Below are positions 35,958 through 47,160 of a DNA stretch of 64,000 nucleotides, piece by piece (position 1 is the stretch's first letter; each line of letters opens with the position of its first letter). Location: contig OZ245056.1 of the NCBI GenBank assembly GCA_965224705.1, forward strand, positions 2,688,001 through 2,752,000, written 5' to 3'. The notes under the pieces are model-generated. The model saw only the letters and a program-made list of their open reading frames with translations. It was not told the DNA's origin and ran no database searches. This DNA comes from Spirochaetaceae bacterium. Its GTDB lineage: Bacteria; Spirochaetota; Spirochaetia; DSM-2461. Position numbers and translations under genes: made by a program.

Positions 35958-37070
35958 TTGCGGACTATTGTACGAATCTTCGTCATAGCAGTACCTCTCA
36001 CGGCACTGATAATTCTCGTCGCAGGTGCGTCAGTACTATGGTTTTATTATGATAGGCCCTATGGCGACAGCAATAAACCTCCGGTTGAGATCACAATTTC
36101 CCGCGGCATGAGTTTCAGCAATCTTGCAGAGGATCTGGAAAGGGCTGAACTGGTAAGGAGTGCACAGTATTTATTCTTACGTTATCGGATAGCAGCACGA
36201 TTGGGGCTCGCAGGTCCGCATCAGGCAGGCCGATACTTGCTGGAGCAGGGACAGCGGCCATCAGTAATCATTCGCAGCCTGACGACTCCGAATGGTGCGC
36301 AGCGTGTCTATACCAGACTGACAATCCCGCCGGGATTGACGACATCCCGTATTGCGGAAATAATCCAGAAGGCCAATCTTGCAGCTTCAGCGGATGTCGA
36401 AGAGGCTGTACAGACCCTGGCGGCGGAGTATCCTGTTGTCCAGACTGAGGAAGGGCTGCTTGGCTATCTTTTTCCTGATACATATCAAATTGAAGCACCT
36501 CTGGATGAATCTTTTGAGAATTCAAAAGCCAATGCTCAATCTATAATACGGCTCATGGCTGACAGTTTTTTTTCAGTGCTGGATGAGATTCTGCCATCCT
36601 GGCAGGAATTAACTCGAATGCAGCTCCATGAAAAAATAATACTGGCATCCATTGTGGAACGTGAGTATCGGGTGGCGGAAGAAGCACCTATGATTGCGGC
36701 TGTTTTCAACAATCGCCTCATGGAAAATATGGCCCTTCAATCCTGTGCAACAGTGGTTTATACCATAGAAGAGACCGATCAGGGACGTTCATTCAAAGAT
36801 GATTACCTTCGATTTAACCGGCGAATTTTTGAGCAATACCTGAACATCAATTCTCCTTATAACACATACATGTATCCCGGCCTACCTCCCGGACCGATAG
36901 CTATTCCCGGTCGAATCGCTTTGGAGGCCATATTCCGGCCAGCCCAGATTGATTCTCTTTATTTCGTTGTAAAGAGTGTAGAGGAAGGCACTCATGTGTT
37001 TTCAAGGGACTATACCGACCATCTTCTTGCAAGAAGCGACTATCTGAATCAATACGTCGTTAAGGATTAG
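35958..37070 (+). CDS. mltG: Endolytic transglycosylase MltG
   Basis: 'GYLFPDTY', 'LASIVERE', 'VFNNRL...M.LQS', 'SPYNTY...GLPPGPI'. Confidence 0.93.
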   Translation: MRTIVRIFVIAVPLTALIILVAGASVLWFYYDRPYGDSNKPPVEITISRGMSFSNLAEDLERAELVRSAQYLFLRYRIAARLGLAGPHQAGRYLLEQGQRPSVIIRSLTTPNGAQRVYTRLTIPPGLTTSRIAEIIQKANLAASADVEEAVQTLAAEYPVVQTEEGLLGYLFPDTYQIEAPLDESFENSKANAQSIIRLMADSFFSVLDEILPSWQELTRMQLHEKIILASIVEREYRVAEEAPMIAAVFNNRLMENMALQSCATVVYTIEETDQGRSFKDDYLRFNRRIFEQYLNINSPYNTYMYPGLPPGPIAIPGRIALEAIFRPAQIDSLYFVVKSVEEGTHVFSRDYTDHLLARSDYLNQYVVKD

Positions 37071-37077
37071 GTCGATC

Positions 37078-38856
37078 ATGCCCGGTCTTATACCTGAAAA
37101 TATAATTGACGAAGTCATACGGCGGACAGACATTGTTCAAGTCGTCAGTTCATACGTCAATATTGTACCAAGGGGACAGCGATGGTTTGGATTGTGTCCC
37201 TTCCATTCAGAAAAAACTCCATCATTCACAGTGAGTCCGGATAAGAATGTCTTCTACTGCTTTGGATGTAATAAAGGCGGAAGTGTCATTCGATTCCTCA
37301 TGGATATTGAATCATTGAGTTTCCCGGAAGCAATCCGGCATCTGGCAGAAAAATCAGGTATAGAGATTCCAGATTCAAGCGATGAGAAGCACTCGACAAC
37401 CCAGAGAAAAGCTCTGGAAGAATTGTATATCAAGGTCTCGAACACATATCAATGGCTGCTTCACAACCATCCGGAGGCCGAAATGGCAAGGAAATACCTC
37501 GAAACCAGAAAAATCAATACGGATACCTGTGATACTTATGCAATTGGCTGGGCACCTTCTGATGGAAGGTGGCTGTATCATTTTCTTCTCAGGCGGAATT
37601 ATTCACCAGAGTTTTTGGCAGCATCAGGTTTATTCAGTCTTAAATCACCAGAATGGGCGTTTTTTGTTGATAGGCTGATGTTTCCTGTAATGCAGGATTC
37701 AAACAGAGTAACAGCTTTCAGTGGCCGTGATTTGAGCAATAAAGGACCAAAGTATAAAAACTCTCCGGAAACACCGCTTTACAGGAAAAGCCAGCAGCTA
37801 TACGGATTGGGTCAGGCCAGGGAGGGTATAAGGAAAAACAAAAGAGTATTCCTTTGTGAAGGTAATATTGATGTCCTCTCATGCTGCCAGTCAGGAGTGA
37901 ATGAAGCCGTGGCTCCTCTTGGAACAGCATTCACATCGGAACAGGCACGGCTTCTCAGACGCCTGACCGAAAACTTGATCTTAGTATTCGACAGTGATGA
38001 TGCAGGTATCAAGGGAACAATGAAGGCTGCCGTAATCGCAGAAGAACATGGTTTTACGGTTCAGGCTGTCCATCTGCCCGGGGGATATGATCCAGCGGCA
38101 GTTCTGGAAGAAAAAGGTTCCGAAGAATTGAAAAAAATTATATCAAAACCTGTCAGTATCTTCAAATATTTATTATACTATATAATAGGAGATGAATCGG
38201 ATATATCAGGAAAGGCACAGGAGGAGGCACTTGCTAAACTATTACCATACTTGCAGGCTGTTGATTCGGAAGTAAGATGCGAAGCATATCTTAAACAGCT
38301 GGCTGAAGCTGTCAACACAAATCCGCAAACGGTGATTCGTGAGTATTACAGCCGTATCAAGAAACAAAAACAGGATTCCAGGGTAATGATTCATAATCAA
38401 CAGGACCTGGACACTGATATTGTTGGAGATGAGTTGTATTTAATGATCGCCATTGCTGTTAAAACTGAATACTTCTCAGCACTGAGAGCATTACTTGCTC
38501 CAGAAGTGTTTAAAGATCGGAGAGCGCTGGCAATTTACAGGGTGATAGATGAGTTCAGAACTGATGGAGTCATTCCTCGAACAGACATGATAACGGATAA
38601 ACTTGCGGATGACAGTCTGGTGAAGCTTATTCTTGAGAAAGCTCTGTCCGAAGAATTCAGTGAAAAGATAGAAGAAACTATAAAAGAAAAGATAAAACTG
38701 ATCAACATACGGATTCATGATGAAGAACGCATGGAACTACAGATTGCCCTTGCTCATGATCTTGATCCCATACACACAAAAGCACGTTTGTTGAGAATTA
38801 AGGAAATTGATCAGGAAATTATGCACATCAAGCAAGGTGATTATGTCTGGAATTAA
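37078..38856 (+). CDS. dnaG: DNA primase
   Basis: '[11 protein letters not shown]...YCFGC', 'KYKNSPET', Toprim 'CEG..D', 'FDSDDAG'. Confidence 0.97.
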   Translation: MPGLIPENIIDEVIRRTDIVQVVSSYVNIVPRGQRWFGLCPFHSEKTPSFTVSPDKNVFYCFGCNKGGSVIRFLMDIESLSFPEAIRHLAEKSGIEIPDSSDEKHSTTQRKALEELYIKVSNTYQWLLHNHPEAEMARKYLETRKINTDTCDTYAIGWAPSDGRWLYHFLLRRNYSPEFLAASGLFSLKSPEWAFFVDRLMFPVMQDSNRVTAFSGRDLSNKGPKYKNSPETPLYRKSQQLYGLGQAREGIRKNKRVFLCEGNIDVLSCCQSGVNEAVAPLGTAFTSEQARLLRRLTENLILVFDSDDAGIKGTMKAAVIAEEHGFTVQAVHLPGGYDPAAVLEEKGSEELKKIISKPVSIFKYLLYYIIGDESDISGKAQEEALAKLLPYLQAVDSEVRCEAYLKQLAEAVNTNPQTVIREYYSRIKKQKQDSRVMIHNQQDLDTDIVGDELYLMIAIAVKTEYFSALRALLAPEVFKDRRALAIYRVIDEFRTDGVIPRTDMITDKLADDSLVKLILEKALSEEFSEKIEETIKEKIKLINIRIHDEERMELQIALAHDLDPIHTKARLLRIKEIDQEIMHIKQGDYVWN

Positions 38857-40666
38857 AGCAGATTCAATGATAGAGAAACTACTGGAGCATGCGGAAAAGA
38901 GCAAAGCCATCAGTTATGATGAAATCCATGACTGGCTACCCGAAAAATATACGAAGAATGATGCAATTGACGAGGTTATAGCACTGTTGACCACAAATGG
39001 TATCAAAATAACAGGTGAGGTCATCAACAAAGCAATACATCAGGAAGTTGCTCATGAGGATGAAATGCCTCTTGTTGAGGATGATCCCAACGACATTAAA
39101 TCTGTCATCGACACGGATATTGATGAAGCGGTAGAAGCAGTAGAAGAAATTGTAGAGTCTCAGCGAAAATTTGTTTTCAATGATAAAGATACTGCTATCG
39201 ACGATCCCATACGTTTATACCTTCGGGAAATCGGTAAAGACAAACTGCTTTCAGCAGAACAGGAAGTAGAGCTTTCAAAACGGATGGAAAACGGCGAGAG
39301 TATTATTACCAGAGGACTGAAAACTTCAGGGCTCATAATACCGGAATTACATGAATTGGCCAATAAGGGATTCAGCAAGTTGGAACCGAGAGAATTAAAC
39401 CTGAGCAAGAAGGAGCTTTCAGACTATTTGACTGAACGCAGACGTATCAATCATTTTTATAAGGAATCATTCAGGGAATTGATACTGCCATTGAAGCAGT
39501 ATATGGATATAAAAAATCGGATTGTTGTTACAGATGGAGATATTCATTCCGATAAAAAGCTCCATGCGAAGAGGGAACATTTATTTACTCAAATTGCAGA
39601 GATTGACATTCATCAGGAAGAAATTATTCGATTTTCAGATCGATTCGTCGCCGCAGGATTGGAAATCAATGAGCATCGAAAGCAGCAGTACAGCATTGAA
39701 CGCACTCTTGGGGTTCGCTCAATGCGGGAGATTCGTACTCTCAGCCGAGGGTTGGCAAAGATGGATCAGAGGAAGGATATTGAGCAGAAACTTGGTTTGT
39801 CTTCCGATGAAATTAAGGAGTACATACGGCAGGTTCAAGTTACGGAAAAAAAACTCCATGATATGGAACTGGATTTTGAAGCGACTACCGATGAGATCCT
39901 GAAGAAATCAGAAGAGATTCATCATGGCCGCATAATGCTGAAGACGGCCAAGGACAGGCTTATCAAAGCAAACCTCAGACTTGTAGTCAGCATTGCTAAA
40001 AAATACACACATCGAGGGCTGCATTTCTTCGATCTCGTCCAGGAAGGGAATATAGGTCTTATAAAGGCTGTCGAAAAATTCGAGTATAGAAAAGGTTATA
40101 AATTCTCCACGTATGCAACCTGGTGGATACGCCAGGCTATTACCCGGGCGATTTCAGATCAGGCGCGTACAATACGTGTCCCCGTTCACATGATTGAACA
40201 GATGAACAAGGTTCTCCGGGAGTCACGACAGCTGACGCAGGTGCTGGGACGGGAGCCCCTTGATGAGGAGGTCGCTGAGCAATTGGGCTGGACAGTCGAC
40301 CGAGTGAAATCGGTCAAAAGTGTTGCCCGTGAGCCAATCAGTCTGGAATCTCCTCTTGGAGAAGAAGAAGATTCCCTGCTGGGGGATTTCATTGAGGATA
40401 GAACAACAAAGAATCCATCCAACCAGACTTCATATACTATTCTCAAGGAACAGCTTCATGAGGTTTTGCAATCCCTACCCTCAAGGGAGCAGGACGTCTT
40501 GAAAATGCGGTTTGGTCTGGATGATGGATACTCACTCACTCTGGAAGAGGTTGGCCTGCATTTTGATGTAACTCGCGAGAGAATCCGACAAATTGAGGCC
40601 AAGGCACTCAGACGGCTCCGTCATCCTAAAAGAAGCCGGAGACTCAAAGACTATATAGAAAACTAG
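38843..40666 (+). CDS. rpoD: RNA polymerase primary sigma factor
   Basis: '[11 protein letters not shown]', '[13 protein letters not shown]', '[13 protein letters not shown]', '[14 protein letters not shown]'. Confidence 0.98.
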   Translation: MSGIKADSMIEKLLEHAEKSKAISYDEIHDWLPEKYTKNDAIDEVIALLTTNGIKITGEVINKAIHQEVAHEDEMPLVEDDPNDIKSVIDTDIDEAVEAVEEIVESQRKFVFNDKDTAIDDPIRLYLREIGKDKLLSAEQEVELSKRMENGESIITRGLKTSGLIIPELHELANKGFSKLEPRELNLSKKELSDYLTERRRINHFYKESFRELILPLKQYMDIKNRIVVTDGDIHSDKKLHAKREHLFTQIAEIDIHQEEIIRFSDRFVAAGLEINEHRKQQYSIERTLGVRSMREIRTLSRGLAKMDQRKDIEQKLGLSSDEIKEYIRQVQVTEKKLHDMELDFEATTDEILKKSEEIHHGRIMLKTAKDRLIKANLRLVVSIAKKYTHRGLHFFDLVQEGNIGLIKAVEKFEYRKGYKFSTYATWWIRQAITRAISDQARTIRVPVHMIEQMNKVLRESRQLTQVLGREPLDEEVAEQLGWTVDRVKSVKSVAREPISLESPLGEEEDSLLGDFIEDRTTKNPSNQTSYTILKEQLHEVLQSLPSREQDVLKMRFGLDDGYSLTLEEVGLHFDVTRERIRQIEAKALRRLRHPKRSRRLKDYIEN

Positions 40667-40675
40667 AGGAAGGAT

Positions 40676-41470
40676 ATGGACAAATCGTATGATGTTCTAC
40701 AGCAGCTGCAGGACATATTATTGCAAAGGTATACACTTGAAGATGAAATACAGCAGATACCCAGGGCATTGTTGACGAAACAGGAAATTCTAAATCGTTT
40801 AAAACAGGCGTATGTTGAGAACAGTGAAGAATTAGATGCAATCAAATCTGAAATGAAGCATCTGAATTTTGAGATGGAAGAAGCTGAACGTCGAAGAGAA
40901 GAATCTGAAAGCCGCATGGATATTATCACCACACAGAGGGAATATGAGGCTTTAGACAAGGAAATACATGATGCTTCAGAAAATGAACAAAGATTTCGCC
41001 GTGAGATTCAAAAAAAAGACAGGGAGCTGGCGGAGAAGCGAAGTACTCTTGAAAACGATGAACAGATGATCTCCATGCAGGAAAAAGAACTCGCTGAGGA
41101 AAATGAAAGGATTGATGAAGAAACAAAAAAGAGAACGATCCAGCTGGAGAAACTTGCAAAAAAAGAAAGCAAACTCACTCCAGGCATGAACAAGGATATC
41201 CTGTTTAAGTTTAAGAGAATTATTAAGAACAAGTCTGGTGTTGGAATCGTACCCGTTAAGTCGAATGTATGCAGTGGTTGTCATATGGTGCTATCGGCTC
41301 AATTTGTAAACGATGTGCGTGGAGGCAATGAGATACAATTCTGTCCCTATTGCAGCCGTATCCTTTTCTGGGAAGAAGATGGAGATTCGTATACAAATGT
41401 CATGACTTCTGAAGATATGGAAGTTGGTGGATTGGCTGATCTGGTTGGAGATAAAGAAAAGAATCTTTGA
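40676..41470 (+). CDS. Coiled-coil protein with C4 zinc ribbon (CT398/HP0958-like)
   Basis: Long coiled coil then 'CSGCHM...CPYCSRIL'. Confidence 0.88.
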   Translation: MDKSYDVLQQLQDILLQRYTLEDEIQQIPRALLTKQEILNRLKQAYVENSEELDAIKSEMKHLNFEMEEAERRREESESRMDIITTQREYEALDKEIHDASENEQRFRREIQKKDRELAEKRSTLENDEQMISMQEKELAEENERIDEETKKRTIQLEKLAKKESKLTPGMNKDILFKFKRIIKNKSGVGIVPVKSNVCSGCHMVLSAQFVNDVRGGNEIQFCPYCSRILFWEEDGDSYTNVMTSEDMEVGGLADLVGDKEKNL

Positions 41471-41492
41471 CGATGATTTTTTAATTTCATAC

Positions 41493-41521
41493 TTGCTGAA
41501 AAAATGATATTGAATTATGTT
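41493..41521 (+). promoter_or_regulatory. Putative sigma70 promoter of rnpB
   Basis: TTGCTG-17 bp-TATGTT ending 6 bp before the predicted RNA 5' end. Confidence 0.5.
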
Positions 41522-41527
41522 TCCTGT

Positions 41528-41862
41528 GGGCGGATCGGGTCGTCGCTGGCCATGCCAGAGGAAAGTCCGGGTTCCGCAGGGGATGATGCCGGGCAATTCC
41601 CGGGCACTTCCTGTTTGGAAGTGACAGACAGTGCCACAGAAAAGATACCGCCGTTTCAGACGGTAAGGGTGAAAAGGTGAGGTAAGAGCTCACCGGTTTT
41701 CCGGTAACGGAGTGACGCATGGTAAACCTCATCAGGAGCAAGGTCAAGCAGTGGACAGGTTCCCCGCCTCAAAGTCCACGGGTAGATCGCTATTGATATT
41801 ATTGGCAACAATGATGCAAGATAGATGGCGGCCACAACAGAATCCGGCTTATCGATCCGTCT
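41528..41862 (+). ncRNA. rnpB: RNase P RNA, class A
   Basis: GAGGAAAGTCC, AGTGCCACAGAAA, GGTAAGAGC, GGTAAACC..GGAGCAAG, ACAGAATCCGGCTTA; P1 gggcggatcg/cgatccgtct. Confidence 0.96.
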
Positions 41863-41868
41863 TTTTTT

Positions 41869-42807
41869 ATGACTAGAAGTGTATTTTCAACACAGAGCCG
41901 TCGTCGGCGAATTCGCATTGCCATCATATCAGCATCATTTATACTGATAGCCTTTATATCATATCTTGCACTTTCCCGAGGAGTTGATCTTATTCAACAG
42001 CGAACAACGGCGGGAGCAGATAGCGCAGTTTCTGCGGAAGCCTTATGGAATGAAGGCAGGTATGCCAGCCTTACTGAAGTGGCAGAAGAGTATTTGCTTT
42101 CAAAGCCATTGAACAGAGATGCACTTTTGTTTGCAGGTTATGCAAGATACTATCTTGCGATATCCCGTAATTCCATTGAAGAACAGTCCGTTGATCTGGA
42201 CTATTCAATCCGTCATCTGCGGCTGCTGCTGGCTCGCGGCGGAACCCCTGACCCGGGCAAGGTAAAATACATGCTGGGTAAATCCTATTTAATCAAGGGA
42301 AAGTATTGGGCCGATCTTTCAGTTCATTATCTTCTATCATCCCTCCAGGAAGGATATGAACCAGACGATATCTATGAATACCTCGGACGGGCATATTCTT
42401 CCATGGGCGAGTATGAAACAGCATTGAAATGGTGTTTGAAGGCATTGGAAGAATATCCTACTGAGCGTTTACTTCTTTCAATCGCTGAACAGTCCTTCAA
42501 TCTCGGCCGTTATGATGATGCGGCATCATATTACCTTCAGGCAATCGATAAAAGCCGAGATGACAGTCTTAAAAAAAGAGGACTTTTCCAACTCGGTCAG
42601 CTTTATTATGATGTTGGAAACTATAATCAAGCGCTGGAGACTTTGAAACAAATAGAAAATATGGACATAAGTAATGAGGAATACCTGTTTCTTTACGCAG
42701 AAGTATTGTATAAAACAGGTAGGAACTATGAAGCGAAAAAGTATTGGCAGAGGGTTCTGAGAATTAATCCAGGGCATTCTGATGCTCTGCAGCGCTTATA
42801 CAACTAA
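41869..42807 (+). CDS. Membrane-anchored TPR protein
   Basis: N-terminal TM; TPRs 'YEYLGRAYSSMGEYETAL', 'FQLGQLYYDVGNYNQA'. Confidence 0.82.
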   Translation: MTRSVFSTQSRRRRIRIAIISASFILIAFISYLALSRGVDLIQQRTTAGADSAVSAEALWNEGRYASLTEVAEEYLLSKPLNRDALLFAGYARYYLAISRNSIEEQSVDLDYSIRHLRLLLARGGTPDPGKVKYMLGKSYLIKGKYWADLSVHYLLSSLQEGYEPDDIYEYLGRAYSSMGEYETALKWCLKALEEYPTERLLLSIAEQSFNLGRYDDAASYYLQAIDKSRDDSLKKRGLFQLGQLYYDVGNYNQALETLKQIENMDISNEEYLFLYAEVLYKTGRNYEAKKYWQRVLRINPGHSDALQRLYN

Positions 42808-42854
42808 GGAATGAGACGAAATTCCTGTGAGCATACAAAATCAATGGAGGCACG

Positions 42855-43904
42855 ATGAAGGGCCGGAAGAGATTGTTCAGTGGCCTGTCGGCTGATATAG
42901 GAATTGATCTGGGAACTTGTAATACCCTGATTTACATAAGAGGCCGGGGTGTGGTGAGCAGTGATCCCTCAGTAGTTGCAGTGGAACGCGGTACAAAAAA
43001 AGTAGTCGCTGTTGGCCAGGATGCCAAGCGAATGCTCTGGAAGACTCCGGGAGAGATTATTGCCATCCGTCCACTGAGAGACGGTGTTATCGCCGATTTG
43101 GAGATGGCCGAAAAAATGATTCGTTTCTTTATCGGCAAAGTAATACGCAGAAGCTGGATAATCAAACCAAGAATGGTCATGGGAGTTCCATCCTGCATCA
43201 CTGAAGTGGAAAGACGGGCGGTTGAGGAAGCAGCCTATAAAGCTGGAGCCAGAGAAGTTAAGATCATAGAAGAATCACTTGCAGCTGCCATTGGTGCAAA
43301 CATGCCTATATTTGAACCGGCAGGGCATATGATCGTCGATATTGGAGGAGGTACCACTGAAATCTCAGTGATATCCCTTGGCGGTATGGTTGTGACTAAT
43401 GCAATTCGCCTGGGTGGTGACTCCTTTGATATGACGATAATCAAGCATGTACGTTCTGTTCATAATTTGATTATCGGAGAGTATACTGCTGAACTTCTTA
43501 AGATCAAGATTGGTAATGCCAGTCCTGAAAAAACCATTGAAACAATGGAGATCAAAGGCACCGATGCCATCACCGGCCTGCCAAGAAGATTGGAAATTGA
43601 TTCAATTGAAGTAAGGGAAGCATTACAGGAGCCCATTAATGCTGTGGTAGAGGAAGTGAAACGAACTCTTGGACAAACACCGCCTGAACTCGCTGCGGAT
43701 ATTGTTGAGCTTGGCATAGTTTTAACAGGAGGTGGTTCAATGCTGAAGGGCTTGCCAAAACTCTTCTCTCATGAGACTGGAGTTCCAGTCATTCTGGCAG
43801 AAGATCCACTTCTATGTGTAGCCATTGGAGCTGGAAAGTATTTTGAGAATTCCAGGAAAGATAATAATGGAAATCGAGCCATATATGACATGATGAGTGG
43901 TTAA
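42855..43904 (+). CDS. mreB: Rod shape-determining protein MreB
   Basis: 'GIDLGT.NT', '[10 protein letters not shown]', 'DIGGGTTE', 'LTGGG'. Confidence 0.98.
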   Translation: MKGRKRLFSGLSADIGIDLGTCNTLIYIRGRGVVSSDPSVVAVERGTKKVVAVGQDAKRMLWKTPGEIIAIRPLRDGVIADLEMAEKMIRFFIGKVIRRSWIIKPRMVMGVPSCITEVERRAVEEAAYKAGAREVKIIEESLAAAIGANMPIFEPAGHMIVDIGGGTTEISVISLGGMVVTNAIRLGGDSFDMTIIKHVRSVHNLIIGEYTAELLKIKIGNASPEKTIETMEIKGTDAITGLPRRLEIDSIEVREALQEPINAVVEEVKRTLGQTPPELAADIVELGIVLTGGGSMLKGLPKLFSHETGVPVILAEDPLLCVAIGAGKYFENSRKDNNGNRAIYDMMSG

Positions 43905-43910
43905 GGAGAT

Positions 43911-44750
43911 ATGCGGGAACAAGGCGAAGGCGGTATTCGTCCTGAGGTGGTTCTGCCTTTATTGTTAACTATTTCAATTCTCATGATGGTTTTTGTCAAA
44001 GTCCTGAACAATAATGATCTTAAAAGCAGAGGAAGCAATCTCCTTATTGGATTTCAGCGGGTAACTGGAACATTGTTTGAGCAGTTAAAAAACACCTATG
44101 GATCATTGCAGCGGCTTCATAATCTCAAACAGCAGCATGAAGCATTGCTCAATACACTGGAGAACTATCAGAGTGTTGGACTGGAACTGGAGGAATTAAG
44201 ACAGGAGAATGAGGCACTGAGAGAGCAAATTAATCTCTCCAGCAGGCTCAGATATGAACACATCCAGGCACAGGTGATTGCAGGCGACCCGTCTAATCTT
44301 TTTGCTACTATCACATTGGATAAGGGATCCATGGATGGGATTGAGGTCAACATGGTTGTTACAGCTTTCCAGTCCAATTCTTTTGGATTACTGGGTAAGG
44401 TTGTCCATGTCGATAGAAAAACATGCCAGGTCCTTCCTCTTGTCAATCCCAGCAACTACATAGCCGCAAGACTCCTCGAATCACGCTTTGAGGGTTTGGT
44501 GTCCGGGAGGGGAGGGCAGAGCGGGGAATTGATAATGGATTATGTACCTAAGTCAGTCGGCTCCTTGATTTCAGTCGGTGATTTCGTCATCACTTCAGGC
44601 ATGCAATCCATATATCCTGCCGGAATCTATATAGGCAGAGTCAAAGAGGTTCGATCCAGGGAATACTCAACTACTCTGGAAATAATCCTCACCCCGATGG
44701 TTCATTCAAAACGCATCGAATTTGTATTTATACTAAGCAACAAAAAATGA
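43911..44750 (+). CDS. mreC: Rod shape-determining protein MreC
   Basis: TM, coiled coil 'LRQENEALRE', 'LDKGSMDG', 'TSG...YPAGI.IG'. Confidence 0.93.
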   Translation: MREQGEGGIRPEVVLPLLLTISILMMVFVKVLNNNDLKSRGSNLLIGFQRVTGTLFEQLKNTYGSLQRLHNLKQQHEALLNTLENYQSVGLELEELRQENEALREQINLSSRLRYEHIQAQVIAGDPSNLFATITLDKGSMDGIEVNMVVTAFQSNSFGLLGKVVHVDRKTCQVLPLVNPSNYIAARLLESRFEGLVSGRGGQSGELIMDYVPKSVGSLISVGDFVITSGMQSIYPAGIYIGRVKEVRSREYSTTLEIILTPMVHSKRIEFVFILSNKK

Positions 44751-45247
44751 GAACAGTTGTGATTATCATTACTGCAGTTTCTATTGGTGTTCTGCAGTCG
44801 GTTTTTCTTACAGACATCTTTCCCATGGGTGTTGTTCCCGATATCACTCTCATTCTGCTGCTTGCCGCTTCCTGTCACTATGGCAGCATGACCGGTACGA
44901 TTACGGGTTTTCTGGTTGGTACAGCATTTGATGTGATGAGTCTTGCTCCACTGGGATTTCATGCATTTATCTACACATTGATCGGTTATCTTGTTGGTTT
45001 ATTGAGTTCCAATATCTCATCTGATCGATTCCTGCTGCCGTTTCTTCTGGCTCTTCCAGCAACAGTATTCAAATATGTACTGGCATATCTACTGAGCATT
45101 GTGTTTAGTCTTCAAACAGGTACGATTGGATTCATAACATGGGGAACACTTGTTGAAATTGGAGTAAACTCGACTATTTCTCCAGTTGTTTTCCGTATAT
45201 TCTTACTCATGGCCAGACTTTCAAAAAGAAATCGCGGTGGTTTCTAA
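44747..45247 (+). CDS. mreD: Rod shape-determining protein MreD
   Basis: Hydrophobic; 'PD', 'GFLVG..FD...PLG'; position in the operon. Confidence 0.9.
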   Translation: MRTVVIIITAVSIGVLQSVFLTDIFPMGVVPDITLILLLAASCHYGSMTGTITGFLVGTAFDVMSLAPLGFHAFIYTLIGYLVGLLSSNISSDRFLLPFLLALPATVFKYVLAYLLSIVFSLQTGTIGFITWGTLVEIGVNSTISPVVFRIFLLMARLSKRNRGGF

Positions 45248-47160
45248 TGAGTCGCAGTTTCAGTCCTGATAACAAAGTACTGCGATTAAAGCTCTTCGTA
45301 GTGGGGGGGATCATTCTTGCCCTCTTCATGGTATTCATCCTCTATCTCTTCAATCTCCAGATTGTTGAAAATATTATCTGGGAGGATAGAGCTCAAGCCG
45401 TTTCAAGAAGAACTGAACCGCTGCCAGCTCAGCGCGGACTTATATGGGATAGGAATTATGACATACCGCTTGCAACCAATATAGATTCCTTTGCTGTTCA
45501 TGCTGTACCTGCAGAAATATCACCTTTGAATCCTGAGTCATTATCCAATAGATTGTCACAGGTATTGGATATAGATTCTGAGAACATCGCTAATCGATTT
45601 CCTGCCGATTGGGAAAACTCCTGGAATCCTGTAGAAATTCTGGATGGTGTTGCCTTTGAATCCATTGTAAGGATTGCAGAATCTGTAGAAAACTACCCGG
45701 GCATTCATTGGCAGAGTAAACCCTACCGCTGGTACAATGAAGTTGGTGCCTTTTCCCATGTGTTAGGATATGTAGGAAATATCACAACCGATGAATTGCA
45801 GATTCTGTACAATATGGGATACGTTAATACGGCCAGCTTGGGGAAGAGTGGAATAGAAAAAACCTTTGATGGAGTTTTGAGGGGGAAGGACGGAAAAATC
45901 TTCAGAACGGTTGATGTCAAGGGCAAGCAGTTGAATAGTGAAGCTGAGAATTTCATTCCGCCAGAGAGCGGTAATGACATAGTTCTTACCATAGACAGAA
46001 GGATACAGGTACTGGCTGAAAAGGCATTAGGGCCGCGAAAGGGAGCTGTCATTGTATTAAAACCCACGACCGGTGAGATTCTCGCCATGGTATCATACCC
46101 ATCCTATGATCCCAATATGTTTGCAAAATCCAACCCGGGAAGCTTCAGTAACCTGAGTAAGAATGGTGATTTTCCCTTTCTCAACCGCGCATTGCAATCC
46201 GGGTATGCTCCAGCATCCACATTCAAACTAATCATGAGTGCCGCTGCCCTGGGGGAAAATAAGGTAAGTTTGAACCGATATATTAACTGCCGCGGCCACA
46301 TGACACTCAATGACAGAGTTTTCTGGTGCCACAAACGAAGTGGGCATGGATATGTCAATCTTGAGGGTGCAATTGCTCATTCCTGCAATATATATTTTGG
46401 TACAATTGGAGTTGAAACATTGGGGATTGAATTGATATCCAGATATGCACGTGCTTTTGGTCTGAGTTCGTTAACCGGTATTGAACTTGATGGAGATATT
46501 GCCGGCAATGTTCCCGATAAAACCTGGAAGGAAAACATCTACAATACGAAATGGACCACCGGGGATACCCTCAACAGCTCCATTGGACAGGGGTTTTTAT
46601 TGGTAACTCCCCTGCAGATGGCCAATGTTATAGCTGGTATTGTTAATAATGGTGTAATCTATCGCCCTTTTCTGCTCAAGGAAGTAAAGAAGTCTGGTAC
46701 CGGCGTTGTTGTCGACCATAAAGAACCTGAAATCCTGCATACCATCGATTTATTAGAAGACTCTGACTATCAATTCATCAAGAAAGCAATGCGTTCCGTT
46801 ATAACTCAGGGTACCGGAAAATGGGCTGTCCATACAAAATCCGTGAATATTGCTGGAAAAACCGGAACAGGAGAAGTTGGACTTGAAGATAGATGGCATG
46901 ACTGGTTTGTCGCATATGGCCCCTATCAAACGAATGATCCGGATGAAAGAATAGTAGTTGTCAGTCTGATTGAAGCCTCTGATTCTTATGATTGGTGGGC
47001 TCCGAAAGCAACAGACATTATTTTTGAGGGAGTGTTTGGCAATAAAACTTACGAAGCAGTTGTGACGGAATGGAAAAAACGAAAAGTTTGGTGGACGACC
47101 CAGGTAAAAACACTTCCAAATCCTGGGTGGCCTTATACCCCTGAGTCCGGTGAGAAATGA
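45247..47160 (+). CDS. mrdA: Penicillin-binding protein 2
   Basis: 'RGLIWDRN', SxxK 'STFK', SxN 'SCN', 'KTG'. Confidence 0.95.
   Translation: MSRSFSPDNKVLRLKLFVVGGIILALFMVFILYLFNLQIVENIIWEDRAQAVSRRTEPLPAQRGLIWDRNYDIPLATNIDSFAVHAVPAEISPLNPESLSNRLSQVLDIDSENIANRFPADWENSWNPVEILDGVAFESIVRIAESVENYPGIHWQSKPYRWYNEVGAFSHVLGYVGNITTDELQILYNMGYVNTASLGKSGIEKTFDGVLRGKDGKIFRTVDVKGKQLNSEAENFIPPESGNDIVLTIDRRIQVLAEKALGPRKGAVIVLKPTTGEILAMVSYPSYDPNMFAKSNPGSFSNLSKNGDFPFLNRALQSGYAPASTFKLIMSAAALGENKVSLNRYINCRGHMTLNDRVFWCHKRSGHGYVNLEGAIAHSCNIYFGTIGVETLGIELISRYARAFGLSSLTGIELDGDIAGNVPDKTWKENIYNTKWTTGDTLNSSIGQGFLLVTPLQMANVIAGIVNNGVIYRPFLLKEVKKSGTGVVVDHKEPEILHTIDLLEDSDYQFIKKAMRSVITQGTGKWAVHTKSVNIAGKTGTGEVGLEDRWHDWFVAYGPYQTNDPDERIVVVSLIEASDSYDWWAPKATDIIFEGVFGNKTYEAVVTEWKKRKVWWTTQVKTLPNPGWPYTPESGEK

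Noticed and set aside
41487..41747. Short minus-strand ORFs downstream of the Zn-ribbon gene
   Set aside because: They lie antisense to the RNase P RNA gene
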